Source of the DNA: Antedon mediterranea
Lineage: Eukaryota; Animalia; Echinodermata
NCBI RefSeq assembly: GCF_964355755.1
Contig: NC_092673.1
Span: 20,643,648 to 20,707,647, forward strand
Reading direction: 5' to 3'
DNA: 64,000 bases
Within the stretch, counting starts at the first letter, position 1. Each line of letters begins with the position of its first letter. Below are positions 26,001-38,000 of the stretch, piece after piece. A model generated the notes under the pieces. It was not told the origin of the DNA. It saw only the letters and a program-made list of their open reading frames with translations, and searched no databases. A program made the translations under genes and the position numbers.

Positions 26001-29000
26001 GTCAGTGCTATTTAAAATCCTTTTTAAAAAACCTCTTGGAAACGGTCATTCTGGCCAAACCATCCAGCCATCTTGTCATAAAATTGTATACTATATGTAG
26101 TGTACTGAACTACTACTACTAAATTTGTAAAAACTCATTTACAAAATGTGTTTTATTTATTTACAGCATGCAGTAATGGATCAATTACTCAGACTGGCGC
26201 ATAATTGTCTTACGTTTGATTTTATTGGAACATCAACGGACGAATCATCTGATGATATGTCTACAGTGCAGATTCCAACGGGATGGAGGTCAGGTAAGGT
26301 CATTGATGTGTAGGTCTATTTATAATTGTTAATCAGGTTAACAGAAGTTTTTTTTTTGTCTTTAGTGAAGTTAACAGAAGTTGATCTGCTATGACAAGCT
26401 AAGTAGTTACTACTGGAACAACGTTAATTTATTTTCATTGGGATTCCCCATGTCGTTAATCATTTTCGTGGGGATTCCCATGTCAATAATCATTTTCATG
26501 GGAATTCCTCTTTGTCCATAATCATTTTCATGGGAATTCCCCTGTGTCAATCATTTTCATGGGGATTCCCCCATGTCATTAATCATTTTCATGGGGATTC
26601 CACTTCATTCCGACATCATTAATTTGTTTATCATTTTATTTCCAGCTTTTTTGGATGTTAGTACTGTTCTATTATTCTTTGACCTGTACAAAGCACTGCC
26701 TTCAACTCTATCACCAATGGTGAGTAAAGAAGCACATTGATTTATTGTGCTCAATATATAGTATGAATATGATTTAATGATCCTCTATTTTTGATACCCC
26801 CTTTTATAGAAAATAGAAATACCACGGTCTGTTAAAGGAGTTGTAGCTTGGTGCTTACGATGCTCGGCTACCAATCCCTGAGTTCTTGGTTCAAGTCCTG
26901 TCAGATATCCGACAACTTCACATTCAAAGACTTATTAATGTAGAGCATCTTGTGTGTGTTGACCTGTGCATATACTGTAGATGGTCGCCTATATATTGGG
27001 ACAGAGAAAATATTTGTTATTGATTGTCCTTTCATTGGCAATGTGCCTAAATGCAAGGATCTTAATCATCTGTTAAAATTGTTATACCTCTCTCTGTATA
27101 AATTTAGGCAAATTGCCCAGGAAAACCATAAGTGAATATAATTATCCACTATCCTTCCTAAAGGTGGCAAATCCCCTTCACAAGATAAACATATACACAA
27201 GATGCTCTACATAAAGTCTTTGGGAGTTATAAATTGTCATTACAGGACTTGAACCCAGGACCCTTGGATTGGTAGCCAAGCATCATAACCACCAAGCCAC
27301 AACTCCACTTATAACTTACACTCATTTCAGTAAACCGCATACCAAACTGAGCACTGGCTTGAATATTTTAAAGGTTTTCAAATCAGTACTTATTGACACT
27401 ATTGTTGACATTCTTGTGTTCTAAACTTTGTAATATTGTTTATTTCAGGCAATATCTTGTCTTGTTCAAATAGCATCAGTTCGTCGTTCATTATTTAACA
27501 ATGCTGAAAGAGCAAATTTCTTAAAACACCTCGTCTCTGGAGTTAAGTTCATCTTGGAAAATCCTTCAGTAAGTTATTATTTTTTTTTAAATGCTTGGTC
27601 AATGAATTCTACTACAAATAATAATTTGTAATAATGCAATATTGCGTGTAATGTATGTGGCGAGGCATTTGAAGACAAAAATTAAGGCCACAGGCGTTTA
27701 TTTGAGGGGGTGGGGGAGCATTTATTCCAAACGATGTTCTATGTGGAGCGTTTATTTGAAGGAAGGGGTGGAGGGGAATTTATTTGAATAAATACGGTAA
27801 ATATTAAATACAACAGTAATTACTACAATTAATGTTTTTTCTAATCTTTTTTCATCATTCTTAATTAATTGATTTGTTCATTTTATAATATCTATCTTTA
27901 TTTCAGGGTCTTACTGAAGCAACAAATTATCATGAGTTTTGTAGATTATTAGCACGGTTAAAATCAAATTATCAACTTGGTGAACTTGTTAAAGTTGATA
28001 TTTATCCTGACTTTATTCGACTTGTTGCCAAGTTCACTATAGAAAGTTTACAGGTAAATATAATATAAATATAAATAAATATATATATAAATATATATAA
28101 ATATATATATAAATATAAATAAATATATATATAAATATATATATAAATATATATAAATATATATCCTGTCCACCCAGGCAGCACTTGCCAGCTTTATACT
28201 ACTGTATGACGTTATCCAAATTCCTTCACTTGCACTGACGAAGGGCTAGTATTGCCCGAAAGCTCTGCTAACTTTTCTGGCTGTTTACTTTATCGTTTTG
28301 ATTTAGCTTTTCGCTTTTTATTTTTGTATCTCCATTGAGATCCAGCCACTGATACCCACAGCATTGTCATTTTTTTCAGTAATTTGCCTTTGGATTTATA
28401 AATAAATATATATAAATATAAATATAATTCGTTTATTATCTTCTTCTATTCTATACACTACAGGACATAATCCCAAAGCTCTCCATTTACTCCTCTTTTT
28501 TGCTATTCTTTTTCTTAATCCATTTCTCCATCTCATTTTGAGTTTGTCTTTTTTCCCTTTTCGCTTTCATTGGTTGCCAAAGAGTCCTGTTTGTTCAACT
28601 ATTATCGCACCTCGTTTTGTGTAATTTTATTTTTGTTTATAAGAAGGGCCTGATCATTCTATTTAGTACCGGTTGACCTGTTGAATGTCACTAATGTGAT
28701 TTAGGCTCCGTTTCTTCTCAGTTATTAACCATGTGAATAAATTAACCCTAATATCTTGGCAGCAGAAACACAACAAATTTTCATTAACCGGTTATTAAAT
28801 GGCAGCCTGAAAATAAGGGTTAAAAAACACCCAATCGATTCGGTGTCAGAACACGATTTAACTGGGTTTTACTGTGCAACTTTTAGCTGCAACACAAAAT
28901 AATGATTATTTGATTGACAGCTGCTGACCTTGAGTAAAGCAGTAACGTTTGAATTGACCACCAGTGCCCATTGCATTTTAGGTACTGCTAACGATTTTCT

Positions 29001-32000
29001 TAGGACGCAACTCATGGATGTAAGTGAATTGACCAATCAAAAATGATAGTTTGAATAATCCATTGCTTGTGATTGGTTGATTTCATCCTTGTATTGCATC
29101 CCAGTAAGAACCAAGCTTAAACTTACTGAATTAAATCATTTAGACAGGTACAAATATTGTTTATTTTATATTTAATTACAATTGATGACTACATATCAGA
29201 ACACCTATTATGTTTGCAGATGTGGCAATTTGCACCTAACAGTATTCACTACTTACTCACACTGTGGCAAAGAATGGTTGCATCTGTACCCTACGTTAAA
29301 GCAGCCGAACCTCATTCACTCGAACGATACACACCTGAAATAACAAAAGCATACATCTCATCTCGACTGGAGTCGGTTACAATTGTGTTGCGAGATGGTG
29401 TAGAAGATCCCTTAGAAGATAGTGGAATGGTCCAACAACAGCTTGATCAAGTTAGTGTATTAAATGACCTACATGACATGCAGTTTTCTAAAAATAAGAA
29501 AAATATCAAATCAGTTTATGTGTCTTTTCACATGACTGTAATGAATTTGTCTGAGGACAAACAAAAAATAAATAAAATAGAAACGTACCTTAATTATACT
29601 AAAATTGTATAGAGTAGAGTAGTACGTTCCTTTGATTTTACATGTGCCTAAAAGGACCAAACATTTTTAGTAATTTATTCAATAGTGTTATTGCTAGATG
29701 TGAAGCTAGGCCTAGCTAATGACCGCTGCATGCTGGAAGTAAAGTAGGCAACACCGCAGTCTTTTTAGCTATGATCTATATATTTAGGGGTCAATTTAAG
29801 GTCAACCTGGATTTTACGAATCCCATGTTTTATGTATTGTGTCTTTCGGTCCCATACCATACGTAAAATGAAGGTTCTACTCTATTAAATTATTTTTTTA
29901 TATTAAAAGAGCTTTGTGTTTAATTACAATATCAAATTCTACTCATTTCTACAGAGAGAAACATTTCTCTTACAATTTTGTGAAATTTCTTTCCACAGCT
30001 ATCAACAATAGGTCGCTGTGAGTATGAGAAGACGTGTTCTTTATTGATGCAACTTTTTGACACATCTGCTCAGCGATACCAAAAGTTAATACAAACAAAC
30101 ACGTCTGGACCAGAATTGACAATCGAAGAAGGTAAGATGTTTCTTGTTGTTGAAATTCTTGTCCATTTATTAACAAGTTACGTTATACTACAATTAATAA
30201 GTGGAGGTCTAAGTGCCAAAAAGAGGCTTCGTTAAGGTGTTCCATTGGCACCTCTCTACAAACGAAGTTTTTTTTTGTTAGCCTAAACCTGTAGGAAAAA
30301 TAATTCAGAGGTGTACCGTTGCAAATTTAATGCGGCCATCCTCAAATCCAAGATGGCGTCCAAAATGGCTTCCATTTCTCATCAAAAGCCTATTTGTGTT
30401 CATAATAAATACCGTATGTATTTTATTAAAAATTATATAGATGGAAAGCTATTAAGATTATCTTTCGTAGATGGTATATTTACTTAGCCAGTTAATATGT
30501 AATAATTATTGGTTTATTCTTCAGGTCGACTTACATGGCTTGTTTATATCATTGGTGCAGTCATAGGAGGACGGGTATCGTATACAAGTGCAGATGAACA
30601 TGATGCCTTAGATGGGGAGCTTGTTTGTAGGTAAGACAATACTGTATCTTTATGAATGATACAAATTAATGTTATAATGATAATAACAATATTACTTATT
30701 CTTATATAATGCTTATTGCACAATGCTTCAAAACGCCTTATAGTTATTACCCTGGCCGTTTTTTGGATCAAACTCATATGGAAACATACTCCAGCCTATA
30801 ATGCTGTCTTGTGGCTAAAAAAATATAAAAATTGGCAGTCCGGCTCGATCATCGTTATTTATTTTCAACTTCAAAGATTTTAAAATTTAACGAAACTCGG
30901 CATAACTCACCGACGATTGGAAAATAGGCTTTAAAATACAGTGGAACCAAGTTATTTCAATTTATGAAAATAGTCTATCCCTTTCACTCATTTTTATTTT
31001 ATTTACGGCCGACTACTGTCGTGAACGACAATGTCAATTAGTCTTATATTCATCTGAATGAATGAAACTAAGCCAGGACTGTTTAAAGCATTGACCGTGG
31101 CCTTCTCTAGTCCAGTGCCCACCTTGATCAGAGGAGATACCATAAGACAACACGTCTGAGGCAGATACTAGATACAGGGGCTGCCATAGTGGGACCCCAG
31201 CTCCATATACAGCACTTGATATTCCCAAATGGTCTCCCATCCAAGCTATAACCGGGCTCAACGTTGCTTAACTTAGATGATCTGAAAAGAACTGGTGTTA
31301 GGAAAAAGTGTGGGAAAGCTGTATGATAAATTTCACGCAAACATTCATTATTTGTGTATCATGTGTCGCTTTTCCCCTTATTTTCAATAAGTGTTATATT
31401 CTGTTTCAGAGTATTGCAATTAATGGACCTTACAGATGGCAGGCTTGCTCAGGGAGGAAGTGAGAAACTTGATATTGCAATGCTCAGCTTCTTTGAACAA
31501 TTTAGGAAAATATATGTTGGGGATCAAGTACAAAAGACTTCAAAGGTTTACAAGAAGTTATCACAAGTGCTGAATATCAACGATGAAGCTATGGTGTTAA
31601 GTGTATTCGTAGGCAAAGTGTAAGTATCTACACTCGATCATTGATGTATTTTCACTTGTCTTGTTTGTAGGTATCGATTCCCATTTTCATAATACAGTAC
31701 ACACATACTAATAAAAATATCATTCACTTACATACACTAAACAAAAAATTTAATACCGTATACCCCCAGAGTGGGCACTTATTCGAGGCAGGCGTATATT
31801 CAGGGGGGAGGCGTTTATATTTTAGGTGTAATATGGTAATGTAAATCAAATAAATACCACTACATATTAAAAAATACAACACAAGTGATAAAATGCAGTT
31901 AAAATTTTCTTGGCAAATTGTAGTCAATTGTCATGTCAAATTATGAATTCTAATCCAAATAGAAAATAATGTTTTAATACAATATTGTGTATAATATGCA

Positions 32001-35000
32001 TGTGGTAGGGCGTTTATTCAAGGAAATAAATGAATGGCCCGAGATGTTAATTTGAATAAATATGGTAATCATTTGATACTGCAAAACTACTATATACCCA
32101 ACAACAAGACAAAAAACTTCTATCTTATCCACCTTTTTTGCTCTCATTTTCAGAATAACCAACCTAAAGTTCTGGGGTCGAAGCGAACCAATAATCACAA
32201 AGACATTGCAGTTATTAAGTGATTTGTCAGTTGGCTACAGTAGTGTTCGCAAGCTGATCAAGCTGGATGCAGTACAGTTTATGCTGCAAAATCACACAGT
32301 AAGGTCTTGAATTATTAAAAACTTCGTTTGGTGAAATGCTTACTAAACTTTTGGCCGAGAGGTTAAGGCAGGGGCACCGTTTACCATACCTAAAGCAGGC
32401 CTCGAATTTGGGGATTTTAGGGGCAAGGCCATTTGGCCTCCGGTTTTCATTGATTTTAGGGGCACCAAGGCCAAATGGGAGGGCACCAAGGCCAAAATTA
32501 AAAAATATTTTAATAACTAGGCCAAAATTTAAAAATAGCTTGTTTCCGGTTGAGGGTGGAATCTTTTTCAAAAAAAAAAAATTCTACCCGCAAAATGTTT
32601 TGGGATTTCCCACTATTCATCAGATCGCGGAGTAGTAGTAGGACTGTCTACAATACATCTTTTTGTATTTCATATAAATATTTACGTGTATTTACGATCC
32701 ATATAAATAATAAATAGGTACGATGTTCAGCGTTTATAGTTTACCGTCCTGTGTTGAATGTTTCGTTTAGTTTCAAATAATGCGATAAAAAGGCATGTGA
32801 AGCCAACCAAGTAAGGCCCGGAACAGGTATAAAAACCCTTACAACAGCAAGCTACTCAGCCTTATTAGCTAGCAGCCGACGGAGAAAACATGATACAAAA
32901 ACAATTTGTTTGTAGGCCTTACCTACAACTATTCATACACAGAGTGTTAACCACGGTAAAAATCAAGCCAATTACATTATGTAGTAGAATATAAATTATA
33001 GTTATTTTCCGAGTTTCGATTTCTGAAGCTTTTTTGTTAGTATAACCCATATTTATAAGAATTCAAAACACGGACGGACACCGACCCCTTTCTCTCTCTC
33101 TAGCCCCTTTCTCACAGATGTGCCTGCAATATACCGGTACAGTGCTGGCGTCGTGCCGGTATCGTTACCGGCATATACCCATTCTCATCGGACTATCGTG
33201 CCGGAAATATAACCGGTATATACCGGCTTTCTGTGAGAAAGGAGTCGGGCATATTCGGCCAATAAAAAGTCTCTGACAAAATAATTATTGAGGGCGTCCT
33301 TTATTGTTATTATTTTTGTCTAGCGATGATATGGCGGCGAATGTTAAGTTACAGATTATTATCTTCCTTTATAGCATATTTATGCAATACATGCTATGTA
33401 CAGTATATTGTGCATATATTATACAGGTATAGCAATTAATTTGCCGTCATCGGCAATCTGTAAAACACCTTAGAAGGCTGTAGGCCTACAATTTACAAGG
33501 CGACGAAAGGTCAGGCACCAACAAACAAAGTCTAAAGAGCTATGATGGCTGGCCTAGCCTAGCGGCCTATATAGATTATGCTACAAATTTCTTCTTGTCC
33601 CCTTATTTTAAGCAGCTCTCTTATCTCATTATCCCTCCAGTTCGACATTATTATTGTTAATTGAATTGAATAGGTGCCAAAGTGATACACTTGACTGCGC
33701 AAGGTGTCAAAGCCTCGACGGGGAACCCCGGAATATAACGGCAATACGTTCTCACAGAATGCCCGTCTGGCATTGCGGGGAATATCCCTAGAATATTACT
33801 AGGTCTAAAGCAGGTCATGTCGATGCCGGCATGGTGCCGGCATGATGCCAAGACGACCCGTTCTCACAGAAAACCATACCGGCATGGTAATGGTATATTC
33901 CCGCAATATTCCTGGCACACAACTCTGTGAGAAAGGGGCTTCTGTTTAGCCTTCGGCGCGTGTATTCTGGACTATACCATTTCCTTGAATTCGGTAAAAA
34001 CGCGTTTGGTAATTTAGTGTACGACGTTGTTAAACAAGATTTTTCGATGATCTGTCTGCTGGATTATTGAGGTGGGTGCGATAAAATATAAATATGATAT
34101 AGGCTACTTCCAACGATCTTCGGGTTGAGGTGCAGGTTTAACTTTGGTGCTAAAGGTAAACACCCCTAATTTTACACGTATAATGGACTACACCATGCAG
34201 GAACGCACATGGTATTTTCTTTTCAGAGGGTGCGTGTACGTCAAAAGGAATTGTTTTTCCAACGATCCGCCGATCCTCCGCGCGTACTCTCACACGACGT
34301 TGTGTGTGAAATTTCTTATCAGAGGGTGCGTGTGCGTCAAATAGAATTGTTTTCCCAATGCATTGAATTGCGTGTGTTCGACCGGATCGGCGGCGGGAGG
34401 ATAGGCTAGGCTAGCTAGAAGTCGAGTGCGTGTAATATTTTTTTCATCGAAGGCGGCTAGCTCGATTTGTGTGACTTTAATACTTTCAGTAACCTCCGAT
34501 CGAGGAACGTTTTTAGCTTGATTATTAAAAGTTTACACCAATGTATTTTAATGTACTATCTATACCATGATTTACCACGCGCGGCGGCGGGATGATATTG
34601 TTTTGGTTACCCTATTGCAATGTTCGATGTTTTGTTTACTGTTTGTGTATTAATAAATGCGGTTAGGGAAATCCCCTTGCAACGAAGACAGGCGATAGTT
34701 TTGCGTCTCGTCCGAGTCGTGTAAACAAATCTTCTTGACATTATTTTCTATCTAATTCAGTGGTTTTTATTGTGGTAAAACTCGGGAAGGGCACTCGCGG
34801 CCAACGCAAAAAAAAGGGCAGGCCAGTAGTGGCCGTGGGTGCTATTCATTTTCGAGGGCATTGAGGCCAACTGGGAGGGCACCGACGGCACTGGCCGCGG
34901 TGGCCGCGGTAAAATTCGAGGCCTGCTAAAGAGCCAACATTATCAGCAAAGGTTCTAGGCTGAATCGTTCTTAGTTCTGTTGGTGTAACAAGTCTTCTCG

Positions 35001-38000
35001 GACTATAAACCGTAGGTCCAGTGTACACAGTTATAACCTGTGTGCACTGTAAAAGAACTCAGTTAATTATTCGATACGAGTAGAGGGGTTACCCCGGTCA
35101 ACCACCTATCTAATAGGACAGTTATTAATTTACTATTGATAATCTTTGGCTAAATTAATAAAAATCTTTATGGTAAGCATATTTTGTTTATGTTTGTCTT
35201 GTGAACAAGATTGCTACCGTTTAAGGCTGCTACATACTAAATGTGTAAATGAGCCTTTAAGAAAGATTCTAAATGTATTTACCTAAATTACAAGAGCAGA
35301 AAAAAAGAAATGTTCAACATGCCCAGACATGTAGTATTATGTAAAACGTTAATCTTTCAGAGTGACCAATTCCCTTTTCTTGGTGTAAATGGAACACTGT
35401 CGTTAAATGACATGAGATGTCGTACCACTTTTTATACTGCCCTCGGTAGACTGCTCATGGTAGATCTCGGCGAGGATGAACAGAGGTTTGAGAACTTTAT
35501 GATGCCGCTGACACAGGCATTGGATTTTGTTGGAACTCAGTTATCAAATGCAGAGAAGGGTGTTGTTGGATTTAATGAAACACAAGCTAAGGTATCCTCT
35601 AACACTTCTTAAGCTTTGTTATGATTTTATTATTATTTAACCTGGCAGCACTTCCCTTCACATGCTGAGATTAAAGTTTTACACTATAATAAAGTTGCTA
35701 TTCTTCAACCATTTGGCATATTCTAATATCATTTGTGAATGTGGGTCAATACTGCTACAACAAATTGTAATCACTAATAATCAGCCTAGCCAAATCATGG
35801 TTAAGTTTTTATTATTTACAAGAACCTTACAATTCACAGCATCTGATTGGCTAATCCCACGTCTATAGTTATTGCCATGCCCTCGAACTATAGACCTGCT
35901 AAGCGGCGAATGTATGTAATGTTTCTAACCCATTGTTTACTTTTTCTCTCAACAGAGAACACTAATAGGTGTTGCACGTGATTTACGAGGAATTGCGTTT
36001 GCGTTCAACACAATTACGAGTTATATGATGCTGTTTGATTGGATGTATCCTTTTGAAAATTATTTTCAGCAATATTGCTAAATCAAACTGATTTTTGAGT
36101 AGAGAAACATAGTTTTTGTATTGTATTTTTTTCTTCACAATTTTAGAAATCTGCAGCAATAAGGTTCTTTTGTATAGCTTTTTCCTATGCTATACTGGCA
36201 AAATTATTCCCTGATATTGCATAAGTGATAAGGTGGCCATCTAACCATCTGATTTCTTCCTGCTTGTATCCTTAGGCAATATACTTTACTTTAATACGAT
36301 TGCCTCTCTTCACTCAGCGGTACAAATGGGTACCTGCTAAACTTTGCGCTGATTACAGTACTAGCTGCCTTATGGGAGTATGTTTCCATACATGTTTGAT
36401 CCAAAAATGACCGGTATAATAACATGTACATCGCTTAAAAGTTTCACAACATTAGGATCTTTTAAATCCAGAATATCATTATTATTTTTCACCAGACAAT
36501 CTCTATCAATTTACTCAATATTTTATCAAATTAATAGTCTGATTTAGTTTCTTAACGTAATTAATCAGATATCCAACATATACCCCAATCCTGTTGAGAG
36601 CTGTACAGCTGTGGTGCCACGATCCAGCAGTAACAACTCCTATCTTGAAATTAATGGCAGAGCTTGTGCAAAATCGCTCACAGCGTTTACAATTCAATGT
36701 ATCTTCACCAAATGGTATTTTACTGTTTAGGGAGACTAGCAAGATGGTCTGTAGTTATGGTCAGTACTGTATCATTAAAATAGTAATCATAAATATTAAC
36801 TCTCTGATTTCTTCCCTTTCTGCCTACTCTTCAAATTAATTGTTATTTTATTTAAAATTAATTAAAGATGAAAACATGAAAATGAAGATTAATAAAATCA
36901 GACTTTAAATAGGCCATTTTGCAGTTTTAATAAAGTTATTCACTTCTGTAAAAAAACAAACCAAAATAATTATTATTATAGAAAGAAAAACAAAATGGAA
37001 TCAATTTTTTATTCGATCCAGTTTTTGGTAAAGTGAATAACCATTACATGACATTAAAATGGCATATTTTAAAAAAAATTGAATAAAAAGGGGGACAATG
37101 TCTTTAATGGTTGACAATATTTAAATTTTTTAACATACAACTAATTATTCACCGATTCCAACATTTTTAGACATAAAACTGTGAAATTTCATTCAGTTTT
37201 ATCCGGTTTAAAAGTCTATGACGTCACGCCTGATACTTGTCTGCAGCGGGTGATGAATTCAGCCGAGTATAAGAGGAATACGAGTCCTGGGCCGTTGAAA
37301 TGAATTAAATGAACCAATGTTACATGCATACATAAACAATTTACATAAACGATTTATATTGTGCCTCATCAAAAAATAGATATGGAACTGAATGGGATGA
37401 GTTTATTGTATTTAAATATTAATTTAATTTTCAAGGGAAAAATAAATTAAAACATTTTTTTTTGTTTTTTGTATAGGATCTTCAGTTTTGCAGCTTGGTG
37501 ACATTCCTAAAGATCAAATTTACAGAATGAAATATCCTTTATCTTAATCTCTGTCTACATTATCAAACTTTATGTGATGTGCCCATATATGGACATGATA
37601 ACGTCATATTACTACCATATTTGGGAATATCACTACCATGTTTAGGCACATCACGCTTTTTTTGTCAAACTAGTTTGATAGTGTAAATAAAGCTTTTATT
37701 ATGCTTTGAAAACCACATTTGGAAGACCAGACTTTCCAAAAAACCAGACATATTATATTAGGCAGGCGTCCAAGCGTGTCTGGTATTGGGAGAGTTTACT
37801 GTAATATATTTGGACATTTAATTTTCTTCGCAAATTTCAAATAACCAGCTTGCATACAATGCGAATGGGACCTATGCTGATTTATGTCAAAACAGTTCTA
37901 CTGGCTAAAGGGTCATTCACACCTCAACCAACATCTCAAATCGAATGTCAATTTGTTGTTTTCATGCGGCTATGCGCATATCAATTGGCGCTTAGCCGCG

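Noticed and set aside
26835-26905. tRNA gene
   Set aside because: Only A/B-box similarity with no full cloverleaf; multiple diverged copies indicate a SINE.
31208-31325. Functional 5S rRNA gene
   Set aside because: The 5' half is diverged, there is no oligo-T terminator, and it continues into a shared repeat body, so it is a SINE head.
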